Source: Hydrolagus affinis (lineage: Eukaryota). From it: DNA of 64,000 nucleotides. The notes beneath the pieces are model-generated. The model searched no databases. It saw only the letters and a program-made list of their open reading frames with translations, and was not told the DNA's origin. The stretch is from NCBI GenBank assembly GCA_012026655.1, contig JAAILG010000184.1:62001-126000 (forward strand), read 5' to 3'. The stretch's first letter is position 1. Every line of letters begins with the position of its first letter. Made by a program: the position numbers and the translations under genes. Below, in pieces: positions 11,496 to 24,780 of the stretch.

Positions 11496-13614
11496 TATAT
11501 ATATATAATAATATATTAGGATTATCATTAATATTATTATATTTGAATTCTATGGAGTTGAAAAGAGATATAAAAGCGTTTGGGCAGAAAATGAGATGTT
11601 CCAAATGTTCCATTGGTAATCAGCACTGGGTATGGTAGAGCAGAGCTAAAAAATATTTGTCTACAAATATGTTTTATAATAATTAATCACGTATAGCCTA
11701 ACACGTGACACATATAACCAAGTGTCACACGCACATACATGCAGTCACTCACTCACGTGTTGCATTTGAGGATTCAGGCAAAAGTTCTAACAACACAGTG
11801 CATGTTCAGGACTAGAAACATTTGTCGACATGATGGTGCCAAAGTTTATATTGATCTCAATATACACAGTAGATTTAATATGTTCCTATGCAGGGAAGGG
11901 ACCTACATTTTTTGTCGACTTAAATGGGATGTCAATATAAATGGGTTCAAGATAAGTGGGTAGGACTATATTATTAAAGCGTATTAGCTGTGTGTTTTGT
12001 AGGCTAACAACAGCTTGACACTTAACTGAATCCTTTTCACATGGGAATATCCCCAAGAGTTTGTCATAGACAATAAGGAGAACTGAATAGTGAAGAGAGG
12101 AAGGAGAAAGTAAGTGTTTTGACCGAACATTTTTGTTAAAAAAGGGCCATTTGAAAAACAGGAAAAGAAGAAAAACTACTGAATCACTGAGTTATTCATC
12201 AATATCAAACAATAGCTCATTTATCCTGTGGTATTTTCTTCATTAATTATTAAGAGACAATAGGCTATGAATTCATCCTCAAACAAACTACACCATTTGC
12301 CCGGGCACATTAAACCATTCTGATTCATGGGAAGGTTTAAAGATTTAAAAACTGTTTAAAAAATTTCAGCTGTCGTTTTGCAAATATTAAACTAATGCTG
12401 ACGCAAAGTTAATTATAAATGGAAATCAATAATTCAGGGAGAAATAGACCAGTATGGTTACCATAAGAGGCATTAAACAATTTGTGGTATTGTACCTGTC
12501 AAATTCATCTCTGTGCATAATGTACATTGGTAGGCACTGTACTTATAGCTGTATAAAAAGTGATCTGTGTAATAAGCAGTTGGTAGTGTGCAGCCTGAGA
12601 TAACAATGGAGTAATTTAGTTTCCTCCCAAGCACCTCTGGAAAGTTCAAAGTGCACTCATTTGATGTCATGTCCATAACAAGGGAGTCCATAACAAGGGG
12701 GAAGTAGATAAATGATGTTAGGATGTTGTAGAGCACTCATTATTGAGGAGGTTTCTCATTAGCTGCATAAGATATACAGGAGGTCAGTGACCTACTCAGA
12801 GCAGTAAGCCCAAGTTTCCCTGAGTAAACTGAATAATTTCCAAGACATAGTTTAATTACTGTAACCCTTTTACTCACCTTCTCCTATTTACAATTAGCTA
12901 TTGGACAGCCTGCTCCCAAGAGAAGGGTTGAGGGAATCAAATTATGTCAAAATGTTAAAGATACGGGGAAGATTGTTACAAAGGCATCATGTCATTTGAT
13001 AAATTAATGGCCCGTTCTTTTAATGAGGAATGATGTCAGTGAGAAATTTCCTGCAAGAAGTCATTGGGGGCAGTGATTTTTTTACTTAGGCTGGGTATTT
13101 GATGCAGTACATAAAAGCAATTTACAGCAGATGTGGATTCACTATTGATTTACTGTGGATTCTGGCACATGACTGACTCCTGAAATTGCGTGACACATCA
13201 CGTAACTCCTGCATGCACATACAGAATGACAGCAGCCTCTTGAGTGTCCTCTGGATCAGTTAGATATTTAATTGTTGTAACATATATTTCTTGAAAGTAA
13301 TCGTCAGGCATTTCCTGTGGCAACATGTTCACCGTGTCAGTTGGTGTTCTGTGAGGAACATGATCACTGCTGACCGTCTGAAGTCATGAAAATGTCAGGC
13401 CAAGGAAGGCAGTGAGTCAAGGCTGAATGATACAGGATACAATGCTAGACAGGTATTCTGGATGTATGCACTGATTTAAAAAAAAGAACCTTTGCTTGTG
13501 GTAATAAATTTGTAGGATAGAATGCATAATAAAAAAAAAGGTTGTCTGTTTCCAGGAAGGAGCAGAATTGATCAGTTAAATGGCTTTTTCTTATTCCATC
13601 CTTGCTTTTTATTC

Positions 13615-13680
13615 AAAGCGCTCTGAGACACCGTCCGGCGTCATGGAGGGCGCTATTTAAATCAAAGTTGTTGTTGTTGT
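13615..13680 (+). mobile_element. L2-type terminal fragment of a second tail variant
   Basis: AGCGCTCTGAGAC...GGAGGGCGCTATTTAAATCAAAG followed by (TTG)n. Confidence 0.65.
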
Positions 13681-13787
13681 GGAAATGCCTCCTGATAACT
13701 AAAGAGGGGACTTTGAAATCCAATAGTGACAGTCACCGGGAGACATCTTCTTCCCAGAGGCTCCTGACCCTTCAAAGAAAAGAAAAT

Positions 13788-14043
13788 TGTGAGGTGTTAA
13801 AACTGGTTCCTGTCCGCCGTCTTCAAGTGGATGTTGATAAAAATCCCTCGAGGCCACTCGAAATGAGCTTCTTGTGCGATCCGGGCAAATCAACCTCTGG
13901 AATAATTGGTCTTTCACCTCATGACTGCTTGTGGGCCTTTTGCCGGCGTGAATGACTGCTGCATTTGCCTCCAAAAATAGTCATTAGACTCGTGAAGCAT
14001 TTAGATGTTTCAGCATCATAAGGTGCTATAAAAATGCAAGTCC
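13788..14043 (+). mobile_element. Old Deu-domain SINE (SacSINE1-like), 3' two-thirds
   Basis: CAAGTGGATGT..AAAAATCCC, TTGGTCTTTCACCTC..GCTTGTGGG core, tail AAGGTGCTATAAAAATGCAAGTC. Confidence 0.7.
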
Positions 14044-15624
14044 TGTCTTGTTTCATACATTGATATGTTGTGGAGTCCAATATTTTTAATCCAGGCAGAA
14101 ATCATCTTGCATGTTCGACAGTTGGACCCTTAAGCTGCTTGTAATTCACTCTGTTTTCTGTGTGAGGGGCTTTGGCCCCAGTTGATAAGTATCACCATGT
14201 CCTGAAAGGCTTTGTTAAGAATGCAACGTGAATCAACATAACTAATTTCATCAAGCAACAAAACCGCAAAAAAGAACCTTCATATGAAGTTTTTCATTTC
14301 CACCTCAGTTGTTGTATTGTATGAACCCCCGTGTTCATTCTGAAATGCACGGCACATCTTCGAGCTTAAACGTTGCTTCACAAGCTTCATTTGTGCTTGG
14401 CGAGTGATAAGCTCAGGAGCTTTAGCCCAGCAAAATGACTTGCTGAGCACTGCAGCAGCAAATCACTTAAAGACAATTAGCACTTCTAAATATTCCTGAT
14501 CCTCTTCTGCATGTTTAATAAGTAGGTACTGTTCGCAAACCATCCAGGTTTCAAAATTCAAAGTTTAGTTGTCTTTGTGCATGACTGGCCATGAAAAATT
14601 AGCGGATGATTGATCCCGCTGTACTGGGATCTCTTTAATATATGTGGTATTTAAATAGGGAGGCAGTCATTGACTTTGTAATCCCATGTGCAACACTTTG
14701 TCCTATCATGGTAGGAGAAGGAAAAGTCAAGTAGAGTATTTGTCAGGATGCCATGCTTATCTGCCACTGTCCCTACAGGCATAGGCTGTCAACATTTGTG
14801 GCTTCAAGCTAGTCGGCTTTCTGATGTTATTGTACACACTCCCAAGGGAAGAATTGAGAAGGACTTCTGCATTCATCTGAAAGCACAGATTTCAGCTACA
14901 CTTCACAGGCACCTGATTGCCAGAGCCAAACTGACTGACTGAAACATGGTTTGGAATATAGTAACATAAGCATAAAGTAATACGTTTTGTCACCGGCAAT
15001 CACAGACGTAAAAGGCTTCTTCACAGGTGAATAAGCAAAATGAATGATAAATCTGGGGCTTGTTTTCAAATGTTCTGCCTTAGACAAACAGTATGTTTTG
15101 CATTGCAAAACGTGTTCTGAAGACAAGCTCCTCCTCACCTCTACCATCAATTTTGTGTGTACAGGCATAACCAGGGCGAGAAACACGTATAGCAGCAGAA
15201 ATGAAAAGCTGAAGAGGATCCAAACGTGGTAATCCTGTTCTTTAATAAAGTATGAGACAGAAAATGTTTCTGTGATTAATTTTTTTGCCTTAGATCTATT
15301 CCACAGTCCCTTTCATTATTACTGTGAAATCATAGACTATGACTGAATCATTTTTCCCATAAGGAAATTGTTTAACAGGGTGCAGTATAATTTGTAATTC
15401 AATACATAGTTCAGGTAATCCTTTTAATTAATATTTCTATTGTCAGGTTTCATGTTAACATCTTCACACCCATTAATATGATGTTTTACGTCCAACATTT
15501 TAGATCATTCTCATTTTTTCTCTACTTTGTTATGCACTGTTCCATTTGCTAAGTATAACTAATCATCATAGGTGCTTATGATAAAACCTCAATACGGGAA
15601 TGTAGAGTATAATGCAGTCGTTTG

Positions 15625-15770
15625 AGTCCAATCTCTGCAGCCTTGCATTGTAACCAAGTACTGCCTACCTAAGTGTTTGTCTATCTCTCTTTTAAATGAC
15701 AATTGATTATGCCTTTACAGCTTTGTAGATCTGAGCACTGCACATTCTCACAATCCTCACAATCCTTCCT
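15625..15770 (-). mobile_element. Decayed CR1 3' fragment
   Basis: CTATCTCTCTTTTAAATGAC...GCCTTTACAGCT...CATTCTCACAATCCT resembles 10520-10588. Confidence 0.5.
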
Positions 15771-16913
15771 GCAGTTGTGCTCCAGTTATACTAGAAGAAG
15801 AATATGACCTTCCAGGTATATTGAAGTTTAATTACCCACACCAAATCACATGAGGGGTTTGGATGAACAAAGCCCTTTAGCCTAATTGATCTCACCTTTC
15901 TGCTTTCACCCATGGTTCAGTTCAACTGCAAAGTCTGTACACTGGAGAGCAAAGTTTCTGCGCAGAACTTGGCTAACCCTATTGAATGCTCCTCAGTTAA
16001 CATTACAGATTGCAGTGGTGATTGAAATAGCTACTCAAGAAGTCTCACAATTTGCTTTGTGCCAGCGGCAGTAACCCGGAGTTATACAGCAGACTTTGAC
16101 ATTGATGTGTTGCAAAAGCTCAATCATCACTGATCACATCAAACATCTCCATGGCACTACAGGACAAAATGTTGGGGAGTGGAGTGGGAGAATGCTTAGG
16201 TTTTTGTAGAAACACACAACACACACATACATACTGGGTTGTTGGGCTGTGGAATGATTTAAAACAAATATGCTTAACCACATTTAAGAGATAATTGGAT
16301 AATTACATGTAAAACAATATTAAGAAAGGGAAAGATGAGAAGAATGTGATGCAGCTCACCATATCACAGACATAATGGGCCTTACTAAAAAGTGGAAACA
16401 CATACCATTTTTTCAACAGCAACATATGTCAATAGATACAGAACACAAAATCTATCCAAGAACTACACACAATTAATTTCTGGATCTTAAAAACAACTTT
16501 TTTTTAATTCCATAGTTGGGAATATAAAAGAGTCTACTCCTGCTGTGGGTCAATACAAAGGTCAAACTCTAATAAATTAAGCGAGAAATGTGTTAAGATT
16601 TTAGAAATCATTCAGTATTCATTGTCACCCAATTTACTGTATCTGATCAAAAAGGAGCAAGGCACTTATTAGCAATGGATAAACCTGAATTATTTCTGGT
16701 AAATATATTCTAGTTCCCTGACCGTGCACACAGAGATAGTGGGAAGGTGCCTACCCCTCCTCTTTCCTGAAGTTTTCTTAAAGAGGTGCCCTCAAACACT
16801 TTTGGTAGTTACCAACTCCTCACACTACCCAGTCTCTCAATATGAGCAAGGAAATCAATTAGCTCCACTCACTTACATAAAATGGCAATTGAACACAGCA
16901 ACAAATAATTAAT

Positions 16914-16956
16914 AAAATGCAAAATACTGCAGATGCTGGAAATCTGAAACAAAAAC
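16914..16956. mobile_element. Terminal fragment of a common chondrichthyan repeat, probably Penelope-related
   Basis: GCAAAATACTGCAGATGCTGGAAATCTGAAACAAAAAC recognised from memory only; single copy in this window. Confidence 0.4.
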
Positions 16957-17213
16957 TGGGTTCAATTCCCGGCAGGACGAAACCTTGGACAACTTTCCTT
17001 ACTTCACATGCCTAATAATAATCCCTTGAAAAAACAATAATAAATTGGTCATTTTAATTCATGACTGTTTGTGGAACGCTGCTGTGTACAATTGGCTGCC
17101 GCATTTCGCCTACAAATATACAGTCAATTCAATTTACAGTGTATTCTGTGAAGCATTTTGAGACGTCTAGAAGACATGAAAAGCACTATATCAAAAGCAA
17201 GGATTATTATTAT
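16956..17213 (+). mobile_element. Young tRNA-Deu-L2 SINE, 5'-truncated at the B-box
   Basis: Colinear with 24505-24780; ends GCAAGG(ATT)n. Confidence 0.92.
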
Positions 17214-18276
17214 GAAGATAAACTTTTTGAATGGATTTCACAAGTTTCCTTAGCTCTTTGAATAATCACGTCATAATTTTTCTTTTCTAAAATAAAAAGA
17301 GCTGTGCAGCAATTGACATTGTAAGTAATTACATTTGCCGCTATCCTTATCTTAATGGCAAACTAGTGGGAACAAGACATCTGTAGGCAAGAGTCTGGAT
17401 TATCATCCACATTTTGTTAATACCCTGGTACGTCACCTTCTTACTGTCATGAAAGGTAACCTTGTCGTCTGCTTCCTTGTGGCTGGATCAGCTTGGGGAA
17501 CAGAATGCAGTCATATGAAGCTAGTAGATACACTGGACTATTAATATGCCTAGGATCGATGTCAGAGATCAGGTATAAGAGTACAGATGTGAGTGAATTG
17601 TCACCCTTATTGTCAAGCTAATTTTAAACAAAGCAGAATTAATAAAACATTATAAATAATTTTATCATACTGTTTTATTCATACAAAAACTGCACTTTTT
17701 TTTTTACCAGTTGCTTTGCATACATCTGTAGGCTTTCCTGTTGTCCTCCACAAGTTAGATAAGTGATGCCGGTCATGAATCAGAGGCAGCCAGAGGTAAA
17801 TCATAGAGAAACCATTCTTGTAGATCTGTATTTAGAGTTTTCAATTGATAAGATTGCCTCAAGTCTCCCGCTGATTTTGCTTTTGAAATGAAAGGATCCT
17901 GAAATAACCAGATCAAGAAAGACACTGCATGATGTTGCTTGGCAGAAAAAGATCTTAATGGCTCAATGGCAATTTGCATTGTCACACAGTCATTTCTGAT
18001 TAAATCGACCGAGCTCATCAAAATAAGTAGCTCTGACAATTTCAGTCCATTTTCTGTACTTTTCTGATTAAAAAAAAGGGAAAAGTTTTCTGAATTGAAT
18101 TTTGAGTAATCGCTTTTGATTTCTAAGTTGATCAAACTCAAGCCTGTTAAGCATGACCTTACATCAGAGGATCACAGCCAATATCCATTTTTTCAGAAGA
18201 AGTTCATTTCTAAGATCATTAGGCTCTGAGTCTGGTCTTTTTATGCCTGTTGTTGAAGGGGCAGCCTTTTTAAAAA

Positions 18277-18535
18277 AATAATAATAATCCTTGCATTTGA
18301 TATAGCACTTTTCATGTCTTCTAGACATCTCAAACCGCTTCACAGAATATACTGTAAAGTGAATTGATTCTATATATGTGGGCGAAATGCGGCAGCCAAT
18401 TACGCAGAGCAGTTTCCCACAAACAGTCGTGGATTGAAATGACCAAATTTTATTATTGTGTTTTTTTTGAGAGATTATTATTAAGCGTATGGAGTAAGAA
18501 AACTTGCCCAAGATTTCTCCCTGACCTGCCTGGAT
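18277..18535 (-). mobile_element. Young tRNA-Deu-L2 SINE, 5'-truncated
   Basis: Reverse complement colinear with the SINE body and tail. Confidence 0.92.
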
Positions 18536-19294
18536 ACAGAAAATCTAATAAATGTAAAATCCCATTCCAATTCCCCTGAATTGTAATTTTTCCTATTCCT
18601 ATGTTCAAATTCAATGCAGGAAACATCACTCTGTAATTTAATGTTTGCATTTGCTTAGCTTTCACACTATCAGTTAACCATGAATAAGCCCACACAATGG
18701 TTTTAAAAACCAACAAACACATCCAACTTCATTGCTTTTGATTTGTAATTTATTTGGGGGATCTGATTTATAATTGAAGAAAATCGATTGAGGGCCAATG
18801 AAATTTCAAGGGTCCTGTAAATTTAAACATAACAAAAGGTGTTGTGAAAGCAATTACGTTTTTTGGATGAATAGCCTATTATCACACCACATGAAAGTAA
18901 ACACGAGTAAGCCTCCTGCAAACAGCAAACCATGATGGAAGTTTCTCAAAGATTGGATGCATTTTATTCTTTTAGAACAAATAATCTCAACTGGATTAAT
19001 GGGATAATAAACAAAATGCTGCTTGAATAAGATTCTGCAGTTTATGCCAACTTTATTTGATTGTAGTGAGGCTTGTTTTCCCAGTAGGAGCCTCAACCTA
19101 ACACTTTGTATTCGTGTACCTCGGAAGTACACCGGGGGGGAAAGGGGAGCAGCATTGTTTTGAGAAAGAAGAGAAGGCAAAATCATTTACTATATATGCT
19201 AATAATATTTGCATATGAAATTGTTGATTTTTGTGTGAGGATAATGCATGAACACACTTTCCAACTTGTACGATAAAGTGCAGAGGCTGTGTAT

Positions 19295-19500
19295 TTTGTA
19301 GGCAAACGCAGTAGTCAGTTGGTGCTCAGTTTATGTCCCTTAAACAGCTGTAAAGTGAATGACCAGTTTTATCTGGGAGAATTGGTGGCTAAGACACTGG
19401 GAGAAACTCCATTGTCTCTTTGAACAGTGCCTGTTTGAATAGGATCTTTAATGTCCACCTGAACAGGCAGACAGAACCTCCGTTTAACATCTCATCTGAC
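19295..19500 (-). mobile_element. Old Deu-domain SINE (SacSINE1-like) central part
   Basis: AAACAGC..GTGAATGACCAG, GACACTGGGAGAAACTCC, GGATCTTTAATGTCCACCTGAACAGGCAGAC..GTTTAACATCTCATC; reverse complement similar to 2240-2380 and 13790-13970. Confidence 0.75.
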
Positions 19501-22500
19501 CAACGGGAAAGAAAGAGTGAACTGACACAACCTCAGAAAATATTTGGAAGTGTAACAAGAAATCTATGAGCCACCATTGTTCACTGCACATTCAATCACT
19601 AAGCTCACACTGAATGGATACACCCAATTTAGCCAAGGTCATAAACAAATGAAGAGCAAAACAGACATTCAGGAAATTACAAAAAGATTCTAATACAAAA
19701 ACTAATATTTGTATGGTTGCTAGAACAAAGCTACTGTGGTAAAAAAAAAATGTTTTATTAGAAATATACATTTTGACCAGCAGCTGAAAAATGCCCTGCC
19801 ATATCTCTGCAGAAATAAATCTTCCTAGACAGAGCATTTAGACCCTTTTCATTATGTACATATCACTGCTGTATTCCAAAATTGTGTGAGACACATTGCC
19901 CTTTTTAGCTAGGGGTACTGGACATTATAAACAGGGCCTACAGTATAATGGCATCGCTTGCATCTTGAAGCATTTCAAAACTGAATTCTTAACCATTATG
20001 TTGTTGGATCTTTCCATTTTTCTTTGGGGGTTAAGGGATCATTCCTTAAGGGATCATAATTGCTAGCTGCCATACATCCTATGGTTTCAGTGATGCAAGT
20101 CCTGTGATATGTACATTATATCTATAGTGACCATTTCATTAATTCATTACCTGGCAGCACTTTATTTCCCATTCCTGTGTTATCCCCAGCGGCAAATAAC
20201 CTCTGGAGATATAAAAATATTCTCATCGGGTAAATAGATATAGGGTTGTACTGAAGAGTGCTGTTTGAAATCAACCTTCTGAAAAAGGAAACACAATTGT
20301 CCCCTCACCAACCTTTTAATCTTTACTATTTGAAGGATACGAATCTCACATATCATGTTCCAGATTTTAAAGCGGTAACATTTTCTAAGCAATTGTAATA
20401 TATGGAATGTTCTTATTGTTTGACAAATATGTGCTTTTCATATATTCACTATTTTTGGCTAATTAATTAAGATGTAACAATGCTATTTATTTGGCCACTG
20501 AATAGGAATCCCCAGTAGAGTCCAGTATCGGAGCTTAATTTAAACATCAAAGCTACGCCTGCATACTATTCAATGGATTGTATTTGTGAAAGACAAACTA
20601 ACTGCAATGGTTATGCCTCAGGAACATGTATTTTCCATTTTAAGATATTGGAGCTGATTAAAGAGGCCTATAGTGTGGAGAATAACAGAATTAAAACAAA
20701 GGATAGTAAGAAACGAAGCACAGCTGTCACCATTTCTAAGTATCAGTCGCTGCAGTGTTGTGTTTCAAGTTACAAGTCCTGATGTGCTTAGAGGATGTTC
20801 AATTTGCAAATTTCCATTTGGTTGCAGATGGGGAATGTATGGATATAACATGGAATTAATTGTGTACGCATTTCACAATCTCACTATTTATTGGAAGAGT
20901 TGAAGTATGAAGGTATCTCGTTTTACCCGCTCATAAGAGGGAGAAATTCTTTGATTTAAGATGAATTTTTGAAATGTGCATCATCACCCATCATCTGTTA
21001 CAAAGAAAAAGACTAGTCTACCTTTGTATTGCAATAGATAGTTATGGATAACATTGCCTCCGGACACTCTACTGGCTTATATGGCTCTGACAAAGAATGA
21101 AAGCTCGCCACGGATTGGGAGACAGACTCAAGCCATGATAGCACCTTTCTATGCTATGTTGATAACCAGAATCTCAACTGTGCAGCATTGAAGGAAAGGC
21201 AATGCCTAAGTAAATTATAATATCGGTCGTGGCAAAATATATGATTATACAGTAATTGGATACTTTAAATATTAGATCTGATAAATTATGCACATATTTA
21301 AACTCAGTTGGATTGGGGGCCAAACGGCTTGCTTCTTTCCCACATAGTAGTTTTGATTATCTTTTAAAAATCATAAAAGATATTTTTCATGTCAATTATA
21401 CATATTAAACAATATGCAATAGTGCAATAATATGATGGTTAAATGTATGGTACGTCAATCCACATTTTGAATTAACAGTGTTTTTCTAAATAATGACATC
21501 TGGGCCTTCTCGATCTGAATTTGATTATTCAAAGTGCAGAAATAGTCAATCCGATTGCTCAACTCTACATGTGTTGCGGATATATTTGATTTTGGCTATA
21601 TGGTAGTCATTACTGTCATTATCCCAAATCTAAACTCCTTACAGTCTGTAATTTAGTAAATGTATTAATACAGCCAAGCAAGCCTAATGCTACACAGCAT
21701 GCATCAAACCAGATGGGCTAGACAAGCTAAGATCAGATCCCAGGCTGTGTGATGTAAATTTGACCTTTGAATGATTCTACTGTATTCAATATGACAGTTA
21801 GCAGCAACCCTCAACATTTTGTGGAATCTATGATCCTTTCTGTGGCTAAATGTGAAGAGTTCAAATGATATTACCTTCAAATAGAAGCTTATGTTTGAAG
21901 AGTGCATTGTGTAAACTCTAAAATCATTGCAGTGGATTCACAGTGCGTCTTTCATATTGATTTCAGAACCTACCTACCATGCTTACAGTCAAGGCTTTCA
22001 AACCCTTGCTAGTAACAAGACACCTTTACCCCCCTATAACACTACTGCACTCAGAGCTATATGAGAGAAAGCGTTAAATCAAAAAAGATTATGAGGAAGG
22101 AGTGGGAGCACAACTCAAAAAAATTGGGTTTGCTTTGCTCATAATATATTCGCTAGTTATGTATAAATTTGTATTCATCATATTTTGTTATTCCCCAGAC
22201 TTGCATCTAGCGGCTTATTGCGGTATTATGAATCTTCAGCATGTTTGGCCTTATTGTTATCCAGATTTGCATTATAATGTCACCAGACTTAGGTTCAATA
22301 TTGTATGTATTCATTTCAACCTGGAAATAAATGCAGGTTAGATCCACCAGTACAGTAATCTATATTGCAGTGTCCCTGAGTCTGGGTTCCTTCCGTGCTG
22401 TGGCATGGCACAGACCTGTGCTGTAATATTTGCTGGAATTAAGTAATCAAGGTGTGCCTCTTTGGGTGCACATTCCATTTAGATACAGGGAAATTTCCAT

Positions 22501-22551
22501 ACATCAGTGTCATGCATATGTGCAACTCTGTTTTGATTTGGATACCTGAAT

Positions 22552-22690
22552 AACAACAACAAAATAAAATTTGTAGAACACCTTTCATGTCGGGTGGACA
22601 GCATCCCAAGACGCTGAATATTCGGAGGTCAGGACCCGAGAGTGGGGGAGGGATCTTAAGAATGGTGAAGGGTTTTCACATGTCCCAGAT
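22552..22690 (-). mobile_element. L2 3' end
   Basis: (AAC)n followed by CACCTTTCATGTCGGG..TCCCAAGACGCTG, the reverse complement of the L2 tail. Confidence 0.7.
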
Positions 22691-24099
22691 ATGAGGCTGA
22701 TCAATAAATATTGAGCATGGCCACAATCGACCATTGAAATTGCACATTACAAAAGTATAATTTCGCACCCATTGCAACACTTAGATTGCTTCTTTAACAT
22801 TGGTTTGACTCAGAGGCTTGCAAAGCAGATGTTCCATGTTGGCAGTTAGAACAGCCAATTTCAGTTATATCACCATATCTGTCACTCGAAAAATCTATTT
22901 GTATTAAAAGAGAAACTTCGTAGCTTTTTTAAATAAACCCCACTGAACGGAAAAGTGCAGGCCAGCATTTTCCAGTGGTATTGTGTAATTGTATATTGGC
23001 AGAAAGAATGATTTCATGGTGTAAGATTGGAAAATGACTCTCTTGTAATGATGAAATTTACATAAATAAATGCTGATAGCATGATAACAGATAATGTGCT
23101 GCAGTATCATCACAATAGGTTGTCTCTCACTGACACAGAGCCGAGTTGGAAACACACAATTATGCAAATAAGAGTATTGCCAGTTCCTCATTACTGTCAT
23201 GGTAGTGGAGGTAAAAACATATCCTCCGTAGACAGTTTACTTCCTGGGCCCAAAGCCAAATTGTTTAGTTTCCTGACATGATATCTGAGTCAACAAAAAT
23301 AGGTTAAAAAAGCAATACATCAGTTGAGTTTAAACCAAGGCAGCTCTAAAGTTTAAATGGTTTGAGAACTGATGTCTTCAGTAAAACTTATCACCAGATT
23401 GGAGCCATATGTCTCTTCGCATATCCTCCCAAAGCCTGGTACAAATTGGATCCATCCGCTGTTAACAACTCCCTCAGACATGGTAACCTATTTACTACCT
23501 ATGTATGGTAGCATATCGAACAGTGACATCCAAAAATTCCACACCTTTGTTTAGCCATCATGATGAAGTCATCCCACTGCGCGGATTAAAAAAAGTTAGA
23601 TGGTATTACATCATAATTTGAGCTTTTTACTTTTGGAATTCACATTTTTTTTAATTTTGTCAACCCGCGTTTTGGTTTTCTGATTTCTGTTACTCATGAA
23701 GATGAAGGTTGTCAGTATTGTGAAATGGAACACAGCTTTGGCATTCAGCTTTTCCGGGTCAAATCTGGCAAACTCTCGGATCCATCATGTAATGGGTAAG
23801 TTATGTGTTCCCAGGCCATGGACAAAGGATGAAGGCAATGTTCTCATGCATTTCTTACCGAGTGGTGCTGCTGCAGGAAGCTTACAGGGAGTTCCTTGTA
23901 TCTGGCATTTGACTAGCTAGGACTCAAAGCTGTGCTTGTCAGGCATCCAATAATGGACCTGAATTATGTCCAAGATGAGTATTTGGAATTGCAACATCAA
24001 ATCAAATCAAACCTCAGTGGCAGCATGATGCCTGATTCAGATGGGTGCACAGCACTCCATTGGCACTGCCAGCTTGACCCATCATCTCGTTTAGGTGTC

Positions 24100-24330
24100 A
24101 GCCTGGCTCAGTAGGTAGTGCGGTTGTCCCTAGGTCTAGGATTCAAGACCCTTGTTGGGAATTCAAGCTCACAGTGTACATTGTTGGAGATGCTGTCCTT
24201 TGGCTTATAAAATAAATTGTCTTGTCTTTTCATGTGAGACTTTATAAATGTGGCTGCTCCTTTGCCTATAAATACAATGTCACTGAACATTACTGCAATT
24301 TCCTATGAAATGATTTGAGACTTTATAACT
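24100..24330 (+). mobile_element. Highly decayed old Deu-type SINE
   Basis: GGCTCAGTAGGTAG A-box-like, GGATTCAAGACCC B-box-like, TGTTGGAGATGCTGTCCTT. Confidence 0.4.
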
Positions 24331-24436
24331 GGAATATAGTACCATAAACTGTTTTATGTAATTTGACATATTTTCCCTCCCCTCCTTCAACCATCTTCTC
24401 AGAACTATAAGCCTCAAGCTACTTTAATGGCTACTT

Positions 24437-24780
24437 TGTGGAGCTCCTGTGGCTCAGTGGTTAGAGCACTTGTCTTGCAAGCTGGGGAGACCAAGCTGGG
24501 GAGACCTGTGTTCAAATCCAGGCAAGTCAGGGCGAAATCTTGGGCAAGTTTCCTTACTCCACATGCCTAATAATAATCCCTCAAAAAAAATCATAATAAT
24601 AAAATTGGTCATTTCAATCCACGACTGTTTGTGGGACACAGCTGTGCACAATTGGCTGCCGTGATTCGCCCATGAATATGTACAATCAATTCACCTTACA
24701 GTATATTTTGTGAAGCACTTTGGGACGTCAATGAAATGTGAAAAGCGCTATATCAAATGCAAGGATTATATTATTATATT
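24437..24780 (+). mobile_element. Full-length young tRNA-derived Deu-domain SINE with L2-like tail
   Basis: A-box TGGCTCAGTGG, TTGCAAG anticodon-like loop (tRNA-Ala-like), B-box GTTCAAATCC, Deu core CTGTTTGTGGGACACAGCTGTGCACAATTGGCTGCCG, tail GTGAAAAGCGCTATATCAAATGCAAGG(ATT)n; carries a 14-nt tandem duplication AAGCTGGGGAGACC. Confidence 0.95.

Noticed and set aside
24437-24525. tRNA-like sequences with A and B boxes (also 7098, 9540-9605, 49500-49577)
   Set aside because: They lack a proper acceptor stem and run straight into the SINE body, so they are SINE heads, not tRNA genes.
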